64,000 bases of DNA from an uncultured Actinomycetota bacterium (GCA_963718235.1 CAVQYR010000002.1:448001-512000); one strand, 5' to 3'; counted from the first letter of the stretch, positions 27,301 through 38,592 are shown. The notes: a model not told the origin generated them from the letters alone. Made by a program: numbers and translations.

Positions 27301-30011
27301 ATGGCCACCCACGTGGGCGCCAGAGCAACCGCTCATCATGTCCTGGCTGGGCATGAGGTCGTGCTGCTGTTGGAGACTGATCCGCATCGAGGGTTGACGT
27401 CGGCAGAGGCAGCCGAGCGGCTAGACCGCTTCGGGCCGAACGTGCTGCCGCGCACGGGGACGGCTGGGCCGTTGCGGCGGTTCCTTCGCCAGTTCCAGCA
27501 CCCGCTGATCTACGTCCTGATCGCTGCGGGCGCGATCACCTTGGCGTTGGGCGAGGTGGTGGACTCCGTCGTCATCTTCGGCGTGGTGTTGATCAACGCG
27601 GTCATCGGCTTCATTCAGGAGTCCAAGGCCGAGGCGGCGCTTGATGCGTTGCGCGCGATGGTGCGGACCCAGGCTCGGGTGGTGCGCGACGGGCGCGCCC
27701 GCACGGTTGCGTCCGACGAGCTGGTGCCCGGCGATCTGGTCAGGGTCGAGGCCGGTGACAAGGTCCCCGCAGACCTGCGGCTACTTGGGCATGCCGAGCT
27801 GCAGGTCGACGAGTCGGCGCTGACCGGGGAGTCGGTCCCGGTGGTCAAGGACGAAGTGGCGCTCCCTCCGGACACCGCGGTCGCCGACCGCCGGAACATG
27901 CTCTACTCGGGCACGTTGGTCACCCACGGCACCGCGGTCGGCGATCGTGGTCGCGACGGGCGCGCAGACCGAGCTGGGTGAGATCCACCGCTTGGTCGGC
28001 GCCGCCGACGTGCTGGCCACTCCTCTGACCCGCAAGCTGACGTGGTTCAGCAAGGTGCTGACTGTGGTCATTCTCGGTCTGGCGGCGGTGACCTTCCTCG
28101 TCGGTATGCTCCGCGGGGAGAAGCCAGCCGAGATGTTCACCGCGGCGGTCGCACTGGCGGTTGGTGCGATCCCTGAGGGATTGCCGGCGGCGGTGACCAT
28201 CACGTTGGCCATCGGTGTCAGCCGGATGGCCCGGCAGCGGGCGGTGATCCGGCGGCTGCCCGCGGTGGAAACCCTCGGCAGCACCACCGTCATCTGCACC
28301 GACAAGACCGGAACGTTGACTGAGAACCAGATGACCGTCCGCCAGGTGTGGACGCCAGGCGGTGGCTTCCAGTTGAGCGGGTCCGGCTACGCCCCGGACG
28401 GTCGGCTGGTCGACGACGCTGGGCTGGTTGGTGACACCTCGGTCGAGGGGGCGCTGCGGTGGAGCCTCCTGGCCGGGGCCCTGTGCAACGATGCGCGGCT
28501 GTCCGAGACAAGAGGGCCTGTGGCAGGTGGTGGGTGACCCCACGGAAGGTGCCTTGTTGGTTGCGGCCGCCAAGTCGGGCCTGGACCTGGACGAGGGGCG
28601 CGGCGCGCTGCCCCGGATCTCGACCGTTCCGTTCAGCTCCGAGCGGCAGTTCATGGCGACCCTGCACCGCGACCGCCGCATCGGGGAGCGCGTGGTGCTG
28701 GCCAAGGGCGCCACGGAGCGCATCGTGGACTTGTGCGGCGCCCAGATGGACGCCGTGGGCTCGCGGCAGCCGCTGGACCGCGACCGCGTCCTGTCTGCGG
28801 CCGAGACGATGGCCGCCGGCGGACTCCGGGTGCTCGCCACCGCCCAAGGGCACCTCGAGGACGCCGACGAGCTCGGCGAGGACCAGCTGCCCGGGGCCCT
28901 CGTCCTCACTGGCCTGCAAGGCATGCTCGACCCGCCCCGCGCGGCCGCCATCGCGGCCGTGGCCGCCTGCCACGCGGCCGGCATCGAGGTGAAGATGATC
29001 ACCGGTGACCACGCTGGCACCGCCAGCGCAATCGCCGAGCAGGTCGGTGTGATCGGCGCTGAACACGAAGGCAAGGTCGTGCTCGGGACGGAGCTCAACC
29101 AGCTCGACGATGCGGCCTACACGGGAACGGTCGAGCGCGCCGCGGTGTTCGCCCGGGTTAGCCCGGAGCAGAAATTGCGCCTGGTCGAAGCGCTGCAAGG
29201 GCTTGGCCACGTGGTCGCGATGACCGGAGACGGCGTCAACGACGCCCCCGCGCTCCGCCAGGCCGACATCGGAATCGCCATGGGCCAAGCCGGGACGGAG
29301 GTGGCGAAGGAAGCAGCCGACATGGTCCTCACCGACGACGACTTCGCCACCATCGAGGGCGCCATCGAAGAGGGCCGCGGAGTCTTCGACAACCTCACCA
29401 AGTTCATCGTCTGGACCCTGCCGACCAACATGGGTGAGGGACTGGTCATCCTGGTCGCGATCCTGCTCGGGACCGCGCTGCCGATCTCACCGGTGCAGAT
29501 CCTGTGGATCAACATGACCACCGCGGTGGCACTCGGCCTGATGCTCGCGTTCGAACCGAAGGAACCAGGCATCATGACCCGACCGCCCCGCGACCCGCGA
29601 CGCCCCCTGCTCACCGGTGCGCTCATCACTCGGATCCTGCTGGTCTCCGCGCTGCTGGTCGGCGGGGCGTGGTGGCTGTTCGAATGGGAGCGCGCCAACG
29701 GCGCCTCGTTGGCCGAGGCGCAGACTGTCGCGGTCAACCTGTTCGTCACGGTTGAGGCGTTCTACCTGTTCAGCTGTCGCTCGCTCACAAGGGCGGTCTG
29801 GCGCATCGGATTCTTCAGCAACCGCTGGCTGCTCGGCGGTGTCGCTCTCCAAGCGATCGGGCAGCTCGCCCTCACATACCTGCCCGCCATGAACGGGCTG
29901 TTCAGCACCGCGCCGATCCCACCCGAGGCGTGGCTGCGGATCCTCGCGGTCGCGCTCGCCGCATCGGTTGTCGTCGCGGTCGACAAGCGGATTCGCCGTG
30001 CGGTTCTGTGA
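27301..30011 (+). CDS. Cation-transporting P-type ATPase (CtpF-like), split by two apparent +1 frameshifts (~27943, ~28511)
   Basis: Three overlapping ORFs carry DESALTGES, PEGLP, DKTGTLT, MITGDH and TGDGVND in order; the N-terminus AHHVLAGHEVVLLL resembles mycobacterial CtpF. Confidence 0.88.
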
Positions 30012-30044
30012 CGCTGGGCGCCGGTTTCACGGGAGGATGGGATC

Positions 30045-30362
30045 ATGGACGTGACCGAGACACTTCTACCTGGCGTAGGAGTGCGGTACGAGTTCGACAC
30101 CGCACGGGGTGGCCGAGTGGGTGTCGTCTCTTACCGAGACGGCCGTTTCGAGCTGGTCCGGTACGACGCTGATGACCCGGACTCGTGCGACTCGCTGCTC
30201 ATCTTGGCCTCCGAGGAGGCGGACACGATCGCGGAGATCATGGGAGCCCCGCGGATCACTGAACGGTTCGCCGATCTGACCCGCGAGATTCCCGGGCTGG
30301 CCTCGGCCACGGTGGACATCCCGGACGGTTCCCTGTTCGACGGCGCCCCGCTCGGCGACACC
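30045..30362 (+). pseudogene. KhtT/TrkA-C-type antiporter regulatory subunit, 3'-truncated
   Basis: MDVTETLLPGVGVRYEF..YDADDPD..GAPRI..PLGDT, then family similarity stops; no partner antiporter follows. Confidence 0.7.
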
Positions 30363-30554
30363 AGCCCGCGACGAGCAGCATGCGGGTGTCGGACATGGGC
30401 ACAACCCTCTCGGTCGGTGTGCGGCGACGCACGTTCGGCCGCCCAGTTGGGAAGCATTGTTCAGCACCGTGGCGGACTGCGCCAGGCAGGTACGGCGGGT
30501 GATTCATGAGATGCGCAGCCCTCGAAGTCGCCAGAACTGCCCTACGCTCTCGGC

Positions 30555-32870
30555 ATGCGCCGTGCACTTGCCGCCCTGACCTCCGTCGTCGTCGCTTTGT
30601 GCCTCACCAGCGTCGCGACCGCGAGTCCTCCGAGCCGGACGCTTCGCTCCCACCGGAGCTGCGATCCGGTCAGCGCCAAGCCGCAGTACAGCGGCGCGGT
30701 GCCGTCCCCCCAGCAGGTGCTCGGCTACCGACTGGGCACGCGGGAGGCCACCAATCGGGAGATCGGCCGTTACTGGCAGGTCGTTGATCGAGCGAGCGAT
30801 CGGGTGAGGACAGGGGTGTATGCGCACTCCTGGCAGGGCCGCCCCCTGCGGTACGCGCTGGTCGGCACCCCGAGCATCCTGCACAGACTGCCGACGATCC
30901 GCCGCGATCTCCACAGGCTGCGCAATCCTTCGACGTCGGACCGGCAGGCGGAGGCGATCATCCGTCGTACCCCTCCGATCCTGTGGATCGCAGCCAACGC
31001 GCATGGCAACGAGCCGTCCGGCGGGGACGCCGTTGCGAAGCTGCTGTACGACCTTGCCGACCGCTCGGACTGTGTGGCTCAAGCGATCCTCGGCCATGCG
31101 ATCGTCGGCCTGATCCCGGTGCAGAACCCGGACGGGCGGGCGCATGACACGCGCTACAACTCCTACGCGTTCGACATGAACCGCGACGGTCTCGTCGGCA
31201 CCCAGCCGGAGGTCTCAGGCCGGCTCCGGCTGCTGTGGAAGTACCCGCCCCAGTTGTTCGTCGACGAGCACGAGAACAGCAGCAACAGCTACTTCTTCCC
31301 GCCGACCGCGGACCCGATCTACCACGAGACACCGAATGGGCTGTACCGAGAGATCGAAGAGATGTACGGCCCGGCCAACGCCAAGGCGTTCAAGGCCCAC
31401 GGCTGGCGCTACGAGACCTGGAGGTCGGGGTACGACTTCTTTGCCCAGGTGTACGGCGACACCGTCCCGACCACCCAGATGGGCGCGGTGGGGATGACCT
31501 TCGAGCAGGGGGACACCAAGCCCTACCCGACACGCGTGCGACACCACTTCACGTCCGCACTCACCACCTTGTTCACCGGTGCGACCCATCGAGCCAAGGT
31601 CCTGCGCACATGGCGCAACACCTTCGTCCAGGCGAAGGCGCAAGGAATGGACTGCCGCTTGGAGCCGAACCGGATCTACAACCCCGGACATCAGCTGCTG
31701 CGGAAGGTACCGAAGCGCAAGGTCTGCGGCTACTTCCTGCTCGGGAACTCGCGCAAGACCAAGTTGCTCGTCAGTCGGCTGCAGACCGCTCACGTCATCG
31801 TGGACCAGTTGGAGCGGGCGACCGTGGTCCAGGACTTCCGCGCGTACGGGGACGCGCCGCAACCGACGACGCTGCCGGCTGGCACGTACTGGATCAGTCT
31901 CGCCCAAGCGCAGAAGCACTGGGTGCAGGCGACCCTGAACGAGGACACGTATGTACCGTTCCCGTACTTCTACGACGTGAGCGGATGGAGTCTGCCGTTG
32001 CTGGCCAACGTGCAGGGCGGGTCGACCGGACTGCCCGTGCGTGCGCCGGTCAAGCGCGTCCCGCGGCTGCACGTCGCGAAGACGCCGAAGCCCTCAGGTG
32101 CGCCGCCGAGCATCGCGGTGCTGGACCAGTGGAAGCGCACGGGCAACGGCTACCAGTACAGCGGCTGGCTCAAATGGCGGTTGGCGCAGGACTGGCGGTT
32201 CCCGTACAAGGTGCTCCTGCCCGAGGAGGTCAACACCAAGACGATGCACAAGTACGACGTGCTCGTCGTCGGCAACGTCGACTCCACGCCCGTGTACCGA
32301 CGCCTGGGGCACGACGGTCGCAAGGCCGTCTCCGACTGGGTGGATCGCGGCGGGCGGTACGTCGGCTGGCAGGAGGGGGCCTTGCTGGCCTCGGCGCTGG
32401 GGATCTCCAAGGTGGGGATGGCCACGCCGAAGACCGAGTCGCCCGGGGCGATGATGCGGATCCGTACGCCGCAGGGGCTGAACGAGATCGAGTGGGACAG
32501 CGACTACAACCTCGTCCTGACGCCGGGAACGGCCCGTGTTGTCGGCTCCTTCCCCAAGCGCATGTACGTATCCGGCTTCGCCAAGAGGTACAAGGCGTTG
32601 GCCGGCACCGCACTGGAGACGGTCGAGAAGGTCGGTGGCGGAAGCGTGATCGTGTTCGGCTACGAGCCAAACTTCCGCGCGGTCGCCGACGGCTCGGCAG
32701 GTCTGCTCAGGCAGGCGATCCTGCGAACGCCAACCGGCTCGGTGCCTTCGACGCCCCGAATGGCGCCCCGCAGGACGCACGAGAGCGTGCGGCCGTCGGT
32801 CGTGCTCAACCTTGGCCACACCCGAGCCTGGCGCCTGGCCCATGAGAACGGGGAGGGACCGCCAGCCTGA
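30555..32870 (+). CDS. Secreted M14 zinc carboxypeptidase family protein
   Basis: Signal peptide; HGNE, NPDG, DMNRD, DEHE; YDVSGWSLPL; C-terminal GATase-like region. Confidence 0.85.
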   Translation: MRRALAALTSVVVALCLTSVATASPPSRTLRSHRSCDPVSAKPQYSGAVPSPQQVLGYRLGTREATNREIGRYWQVVDRASDRVRTGVYAHSWQGRPLRYALVGTPSILHRLPTIRRDLHRLRNPSTSDRQAEAIIRRTPPILWIAANAHGNEPSGGDAVAKLLYDLADRSDCVAQAILGHAIVGLIPVQNPDGRAHDTRYNSYAFDMNRDGLVGTQPEVSGRLRLLWKYPPQLFVDEHENSSNSYFFPPTADPIYHETPNGLYREIEEMYGPANAKAFKAHGWRYETWRSGYDFFAQVYGDTVPTTQMGAVGMTFEQGDTKPYPTRVRHHFTSALTTLFTGATHRAKVLRTWRNTFVQAKAQGMDCRLEPNRIYNPGHQLLRKVPKRKVCGYFLLGNSRKTKLLVSRLQTAHVIVDQLERATVVQDFRAYGDAPQPTTLPAGTYWISLAQAQKHWVQATLNEDTYVPFPYFYDVSGWSLPLLANVQGGSTGLPVRAPVKRVPRLHVAKTPKPSGAPPSIAVLDQWKRTGNGYQYSGWLKWRLAQDWRFPYKVLLPEEVNTKTMHKYDVLVVGNVDSTPVYRRLGHDGRKAVSDWVDRGGRYVGWQEGALLASALGISKVGMATPKTESPGAMMRIRTPQGLNEIEWDSDYNLVLTPGTARVVGSFPKRMYVSGFAKRYKALAGTALETVEKVGGGSVIVFGYEPNFRAVADGSAGLLRQAILRTPTGSVPSTPRMAPRRTHESVRPSVVLNLGHTRAWRLAHENGEGPPA

Positions 32871-33044
32871 CCTGGCACTCAGCGCCTGTCGTAGAAGGAG
32901 TGCCCCTCCCCATCGCGGAGTGACGTGGTGGCTGCGTTCGTTCTTCTGGGTGAGCGCGACGACGGGTAGTGCGTGTCGGGTGCATGGGTATCGGGCAGTC
33001 CGGCGTTGCAGAGATGGTGGGTTTCGTGCGTCGTCAGTACGCAG

Positions 33045-33185
33045 CAGTTGTCGGGGTGCCGTTGAAGTGCGTCACGGCCTCGCTGTCGATCAACTCCCAG
33101 ATCCGGCCGCTGTCGACCCTGCGCATGAAACGTGCCGCGCACCCACGGCCGTCACAGCCCAGGGCCAGCACCAGCCGTTGCAGTG
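33045..33185 (-). pseudogene. Internal fragment of an acyl-CoA synthetase (AMP-binding) gene
   Basis: Own translation: HCNGWCWPWAVTAVGARHV(fs)MRRVDSGRIWELIDSEAVTHFNGTPT, matching the HCNGW..PWAVT..VTHF.G.PT segment of this family. Confidence 0.75.
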
Positions 33186-34043
33186 CTAGGCGACGTCGGA
33201 GACCACGGTTGAGGGCGCCACCGCGATCGACTTGCCATCAGCGGCCAGTATCGAACGGGTTCCTGCCGCGGCGGCGGACTCGCCGGCGATGAACGTGCTG
33301 AGCTCAGCGATGGTGCTCATGATCGGCGACGGGAACACGACGGTGGTGTTCTTGTCCACACCGATCTCGACCAGACTCTGCAGGTTGCGCAGTTGGAGGG
33401 CCAGCGGATGGTCGACCATGATGTCCGACGCGTCACCGAGAGCCGCTGCAGCTAGGGACTCGCCCTCCGCATTGATGATCTTTGCTCGCTTCTCGCGCTC
33501 GGCTTCGGCCTGCTTGGCCACGGCCCGTTTCATGCTGTCGGGCAGCTGGATGTCCTTCAGCTCCACCAAGGTCACTTCCACCCCCCACTCGACGGTGGTG
33601 ATGTCGAGGATCTCGCGGATGTCCATGTTGATCCGGTCGGTTTCGGCCAGCGTCTCGTCCAGGGTGTGCTGGCCGACCACCTTGCGCAGCGTCGTCTGGG
33701 CGATCTGGTCAATCGCGGCGAGCACGTTCTCGATCGCGATCACCGACTTCACCGGATCGACTACGTGGTAGTAGGCGACGGCGGAGATGCCAACGCTGAC
33801 GTTGTCGCGCGTGATGATCCCCTGCGACTGGATCGGCATCGTCACGATTCGCAGGGACACCCGGTGCATCACGTCGACAAACGGGATGATTAGCCGCAAC
33901 CCCGGCTCCCGAACGCCATGCAGCCGGCCAAATCGGAGCACCACGCCCCGCTCGTACTGCTTGACGATCTTGATCGAGAGCGCGGCCAGCGCCACGACGA
34001 CCAGCAGGATGACGATGAGAACGACGATCTGCGCGGTGCTCAT
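33186..34043 (-). CDS. SPFH/stomatin-like (slipin) protein
   Basis: N-terminal [45 protein letters not shown]. Confidence 0.9.
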   Translation of the reverse strand: MSTAQIVVLIVILLVVVALAALSIKIVKQYERGVVLRFGRLHGVREPGLRLIIPFVDVMHRVSLRIVTMPIQSQGIITRDNVSVGISAVAYYHVVDPVKSVIAIENVLAAIDQIAQTTLRKVVGQHTLDETLAETDRINMDIREILDITTVEWGVEVTLVELKDIQLPDSMKRAVAKQAEAEREKRAKIINAEGESLAAAALGDASDIMVDHPLALQLRNLQSLVEIGVDKNTTVVFPSPIMSTIAELSTFIAGESAAAAGTRSILAADGKSIAVAPSTVVSDVA

Positions 34044-34274
34044 CAGGACCTCCTCGGAGGGATCGCCCTCTCCTAGAGGGTGCGCCCCCGGTGACCCTCA
34101 CGCGAGAGTCATAAGTTCTCAGCGCCTCATTCAGGACGGCGAGGGCCACCAGGGCGTGCACCAGAACGGTCACGGGGGTCGCCTATCGGACGGGCGTCGG
34201 CTCGCTGCTGGGCTGGCTGACGGCGATGAGGACTTCGCAGACAGCGAGGTCGCCGTGTCCCGGTTCAATCGGGG

Positions 34275-34733
34275 TCAGTCACGAGCGAGTTCGGTGAATC
34301 GCCAGTTCTCTTTCTCCACCCGCAGCACCGAGTAGGTGTCGACCTGGGTGATGCCGGGGATCGCGCGGATTGCGTCAAGGACTCGGATCATGTCGTTGTT
34401 GTTGCGGCAGACCAGTTCGGCCATGAGGTCGTAGCCGCCGAGGGTGCGTCCGAGGAAGATGATCTCGGGCAGCTCGCTCATGCGTTCGATGGTGCGGGCC
34501 ATCGCTGGGCCTTGGACGCGCGCAGCCAGGAATGAGTAGGACAGACCCAGAACCTCGGGGTCGACGTCGACGACGAACTTCACGCCGAAGTGGCGGATCA
34601 GGCGATGGATCCGTGCGCGGACGGTCGTGTCGGACACCCCAAGATCTCGGGCCAGTCTGACCAGCGGGGTGCGCGCGTCGTCCTGGAGTGCATCCAGGAT
34701 CCGAAGGTCGATATCGTCGAGGTCTGGGCCCAT
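34275..34733 (-). CDS. Lrp/AsnC family regulator
   Basis: LDDIDLRILDALQDDAR..LGVS..TVRARI HTH; GGYDL. Confidence 0.9.
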   Translation of the reverse strand: MGPDLDDIDLRILDALQDDARTPLVRLARDLGVSDTTVRARIHRLIRHFGVKFVVDVDPEVLGLSYSFLAARVQGPAMARTIERMSELPEIIFLGRTLGGYDLMAELVCRNNNDMIRVLDAIRAIPGITQVDTYSVLRVEKENWRFTELARD

Positions 34734-34882
34734 GACACCGAGTATCGCGGAATCTCGGCGTATTGTTGCGGCTATTCGGTGTGGTCGCTTCGGCGGGCCT
34801 GTTTACTCGACGCGAGATGGCACCTACCGTGCTGGAGACGCCAAACCGCACCCGGCCTAGCTGCTGAGAGTGGGTCCACCGA

Positions 34883-36361
34883 ATGGTCGAAGACTTCTCG
34901 CGTCGGGGCTTCCTGAGTCGGGGTGCCGCCGTGGGTGCAGCCGTCGCCGTCGCGCCGACCGCACTCGCCTTCGCCCGGGGCGCCGAGACGGCCGCGGGGC
35001 CGAGGATCGTGATCGTCGGTGCCGGTCTGGCCGGGCTCAGCTGCGCGTACCGGCTCCAGGAGGCGGGCCTCGGGTGCACCGTCTACGAGGCCAACCCCAA
35101 GCGAATCGGCGGCCGCTGCTGGACGGCGCGCGGTTTCAGGTACGGGCAGACCGCCGAGCACGGCGGCGAGTTCATCGACACCCGTCACCGGCGGATCCGC
35201 GCCTTGGCCCGGGGCTTCGGGCTGGAGCTGAACGACCTCTACGGCGAGCCCATCGGGGGCAGCGGCCGCCGGTGGCTGGACGGCGCGCTGCGCGCAGCCC
35301 CGCGTCACCGGTCCGACTGGCAGACCTTCCAGCGTGAGATCTACCGGACTGCGCGACGGATCGGTCGCTGGGACTATCGGAACCCGACACGGGCGGCGCA
35401 GGCCCTGGACGAGATGACCGCCGCGGACTGGGTGGAGGAACACGTTCCGGGTGGCATGGGCGGCGTCGCTGGGGGTCTGATCGGTGTCTGGCTTGCAGGT
35501 GACCTGGGGCTCGACCCCGACAAGCTCAGCGCGATCGGCCTGATCGCCGAGTGGGTCGTCCCCGCTCCAGGTGCCGACTCCCGCTACTCGATCAGAGGGG
35601 GCAACGATCAGCTCGTGACGCGGCTGGCCGACTCGCTCCCGGACGGAACGGTCCGGATGGACGCTCCACTGGAGCGCCTGAGCAAGCGGTCGGACGGTAC
35701 CTACGAGATGCGCTTCGGCGGCATTGCGAAGACGGTGCGGGCCGACCATCTCGTGCTCGCCCTGCCGTTCACGACGCTCCGCGAGGTCGACCTGGGGGGT
35801 GTGGGGTTCTCGCGCAAGCGCCGCGAGTGCATCCAGCGGCTAGGCATGGGTACCAATGCGAAGGTGCTGATGCAGCTCGAGGACCCGCCTCAGCGCTACG
35901 GCCGCTGGAGCGGCGACATGGTCAGTGATGACCCTTATCTGTTCACCTGGGACAGCACGCTGAGCCAGCCGGGGCGCGGCAGCATCATCACCACCTTCCT
36001 GGGCGGCCGCTCGGGCGCTGGGGGGCTCACGGCCACACGAGCCCACGGGCCGAGTCCTGGGACCGTGATCCAAAGCACTTTCCGCGACGTGAGTCGGGGC
36101 GGTGCGACCAGGATTCCGGGCCTCCGGGCCGGCTTCAACGGCACCACCTGGACCGACAAGTGGGTGCTCGACCCCTGGACCAGGGGCTCCTACGCCGCTT
36201 TCCTGCCCGGGCAGTACACCCGCTACTACGGCTACGCGGGCCGGTCGGAGGGCCGGGTTCGTTTCGCCGGCGAGCACACACAGACCGACGCCCAGGGCTA
36301 CCTCGAGGGCGCGGTCGCGTCCGGAGAGAAGGCGGCCGCCTCGATCGTCGCCGAGACCTGA
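34883..36361 (+). CDS. Tat-exported flavin monoamine oxidase family protein
   Basis: SRRGFL Tat motif; IVGAGLAGL, IGGR, EHGGEFID, FAGEHT..GYLEGAVASG. Confidence 0.88.
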   Translation: MVEDFSRRGFLSRGAAVGAAVAVAPTALAFARGAETAAGPRIVIVGAGLAGLSCAYRLQEAGLGCTVYEANPKRIGGRCWTARGFRYGQTAEHGGEFIDTRHRRIRALARGFGLELNDLYGEPIGGSGRRWLDGALRAAPRHRSDWQTFQREIYRTARRIGRWDYRNPTRAAQALDEMTAADWVEEHVPGGMGGVAGGLIGVWLAGDLGLDPDKLSAIGLIAEWVVPAPGADSRYSIRGGNDQLVTRLADSLPDGTVRMDAPLERLSKRSDGTYEMRFGGIAKTVRADHLVLALPFTTLREVDLGGVGFSRKRRECIQRLGMGTNAKVLMQLEDPPQRYGRWSGDMVSDDPYLFTWDSTLSQPGRGSIITTFLGGRSGAGGLTATRAHGPSPGTVIQSTFRDVSRGGATRIPGLRAGFNGTTWTDKWVLDPWTRGSYAAFLPGQYTRYYGYAGRSEGRVRFAGEHTQTDAQGYLEGAVASGEKAAASIVAET

Positions 36362-36431
36362 CAGATCCCGTCCCGTTGGGGCGCGCGTGGTTGGTAGGTT
36401 CGCCCACCCACAACAGCTTCGGAGGACGACC

Positions 36432-38441
36432 ATGCCGCGCGATCCTCGCTTCGACGTTCTCTTCGAGCCGGTTCGGATCGGACCGGTGACGGCCCCGAAC
36501 CGCTTCTACCAGGTTCCCCACTGCACGGGCATGGGCTACCGGCGGCCCCAGACGCTCGCCGCGATGCGCGAGGTGAAGGCTGAGGGCGGGTGGGGCACGG
36601 TGTGCACCGAGTACTGCTCGATCCACCCAACCTCTGACGACGAGCCCTATCCCTCTGCCTCCTTGTGGGACGACCAGGACATCGACCGGCACGCGCTCAT
36701 GGTTGACAAGGTCCACGCCCACGGTGCTCTCGCCGGCGTCGAGCTCTGGCACGGAGGCGCCGCGAGCGCGAACCACTACTCGCGTGAGGCCCCGCTCGGC
36801 CCGGCCAGCGTTCCGGCCGGTGTCTACGACCCGGTTCAGACCCGGGCGATGGACAAGGCCGACATCCGGGAGTTCAAGCGCTGGCACGTCGAGGCGGCCC
36901 GACGGGCGCAGCGAGCAGGGTTCGACATTGTCTATGTCTATGCGGCTCACGGATATCTGATCCGGCAGTTCCTGCTGCCGTCTAACCAGCGTGCCGATGA
37001 GTACGGCGGCTCACTGGAGAACCGGGGCCGACTCCTGCGTGAGCTGATCATGGAGACGAAGGAGGCTATCGGGGACACGTGTGCGGTGGCGGTGCGGTTC
37101 TCCGCGAGCACCGGTGGTCCCGATGACGACCAGGACACGCGGGAGCCCCGGGAGATGTTGGAGAGCATGGCGGATCTGGCGGACCTGTGGGACATCACCG
37201 TGCACGACTACAGCTACGAGATGGGAACCTCGCGGTTCACCCCTGAAGCCGCACTCGAGGCGACGATGTCATGGGTCAAGGGAGCGACGGACAAGCCGGT
37301 CGTCAGCGTGGGGCGCTTCACCTCGCCGGAGACGATGCTGCGGCTCGTGCGTGACGGCGTCATCGACCTCGTGGGGGCGGCCCGCCCGTCGATCGCCGAT
37401 CCGTTCCTGCCCCAGAAGATCTCCGAAGGTCGTGACGACGAGATCCGGGAGTGCATCGGCTGCAACATCTGCTACGCGGGTGACCAGCTGGGCACGCCGA
37501 TCCGTTGTACCCAGAACCCCACGATGGGCGAAGAGTGGCGGAAGGGGTGGCATCCGGAGCGCATCCCGGTCAAGGGATCGGAAGCGAAGATCCTGATCGT
37601 CGGTGGGGGTCCCGCCGGTCTCGAAGCGGCGGTGTCACTCGGCAAGCGAGGCTACGCCATCTCCCTGGCGGAGGCCCGCCGAGTGCTTGGGGGTCGGGTC
37701 ACCCTGGAGGCGTCGTTGCCAGGCCTTGCCCAGTGGGCGCGGGTTCGTGACTGGCGCCTCAACCAGATCGAGAAGCTCGCGAACGTCGATGTCTTCCTGG
37801 ACAGCACGATCGACGAGGAACAGATCCTCGAGTTCGCCCCGGACCGCGTGGTGGTCGCAACCGGCGCCAGGTGGCGCAAGGACGGGCTTGGTCGTTGGCA
37901 TACGTCACCGATACCGGGGTCGGACTCCGCATCGATTCTCACGCCGGACGACGTCATGGCTGGCGCAATACCAGGCGGGCCGGTGGTCGTGTTTGACGAC
38001 GAGCACTACTACATGGGCGGGGTCATCGCCGAAGCCCTGCGACGGGTCGGCCTCGAGGTCACCTTGGTGACTCCCGCGAATGAGGTGTCGACCTGGACGA
38101 CGCACACCGACGAGCAGCATCGCATCCAGGCGAGGATCCTCAGGCTCGGCATCACGGTCGAGACGGGGACCGCCCTGGCCAGTGTCAATGCGGGCTCGGT
38201 GACCCTCGAGTCCATCCATACCGGGGCTGCGCGGGAGGTCGAGGCGGCGAGCGTGGTGATGGTCACCTCCCGTGAGCCCACGGACTCCCTGTACTACGCG
38301 CTGCACGGTCGCATTCCGATCCGCCGCATCGGTGACTGTCTCGCGCCGGGCACGATCGCTACCGCGGTCTACTCGGGACACCGTTACGCGCGCGAGGCCG
38401 ATGCCGCGGTGCCGATCCAGTCATGGTTCTCGCGGGAGTAG
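36432..38441 (+). CDS. Trimethylamine/dimethylamine/histamine dehydrogenase family flavo-iron-sulfur enzyme
   Basis: RDPRFDVLFEPVRIGP..NRFYQVPHC (FMN-linking Cys), YAAH, DEYGGSLENR, CIGCNIC..C cluster motif, GGGPAG; GGAGG SD. Confidence 0.9.
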   Translation: MPRDPRFDVLFEPVRIGPVTAPNRFYQVPHCTGMGYRRPQTLAAMREVKAEGGWGTVCTEYCSIHPTSDDEPYPSASLWDDQDIDRHALMVDKVHAHGALAGVELWHGGAASANHYSREAPLGPASVPAGVYDPVQTRAMDKADIREFKRWHVEAARRAQRAGFDIVYVYAAHGYLIRQFLLPSNQRADEYGGSLENRGRLLRELIMETKEAIGDTCAVAVRFSASTGGPDDDQDTREPREMLESMADLADLWDITVHDYSYEMGTSRFTPEAALEATMSWVKGATDKPVVSVGRFTSPETMLRLVRDGVIDLVGAARPSIADPFLPQKISEGRDDEIRECIGCNICYAGDQLGTPIRCTQNPTMGEEWRKGWHPERIPVKGSEAKILIVGGGPAGLEAAVSLGKRGYAISLAEARRVLGGRVTLEASLPGLAQWARVRDWRLNQIEKLANVDVFLDSTIDEEQILEFAPDRVVVATGARWRKDGLGRWHTSPIPGSDSASILTPDDVMAGAIPGGPVVVFDDEHYYMGGVIAEALRRVGLEVTLVTPANEVSTWTTHTDEQHRIQARILRLGITVETGTALASVNAGSVTLESIHTGAAREVEAASVVMVTSREPTDSLYYALHGRIPIRRIGDCLAPGTIATAVYSGHRYAREADAAVPIQSWFSRE

Positions 38442-38592
38442 GACCTGCGCGTTCCGTCGCACGGTCGGACCGCCCGTGCTGCCAACAAGTGGAGGTTACG
38501 GCCGAACGGCGGCAGGCCTGCCGGTCCATGCAGGCCCACCGCGCCCCAGTGGCCGAAGCTTGTCGAGCCTGGCCGATCGAGGGCTCCGACCG

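Noticed and set aside
27930-28520. Programmed frameshifting in the P-type ATPase
   Set aside because: No slippery heptamer or stimulatory structure; simple 1-nt insertions explain the breaks.
32880-33045. Possible IS end or small RNA in the non-coding stretch after the M14 gene
   Set aside because: No terminal inverted repeat pair, target duplication, transposase or convincing structure found.
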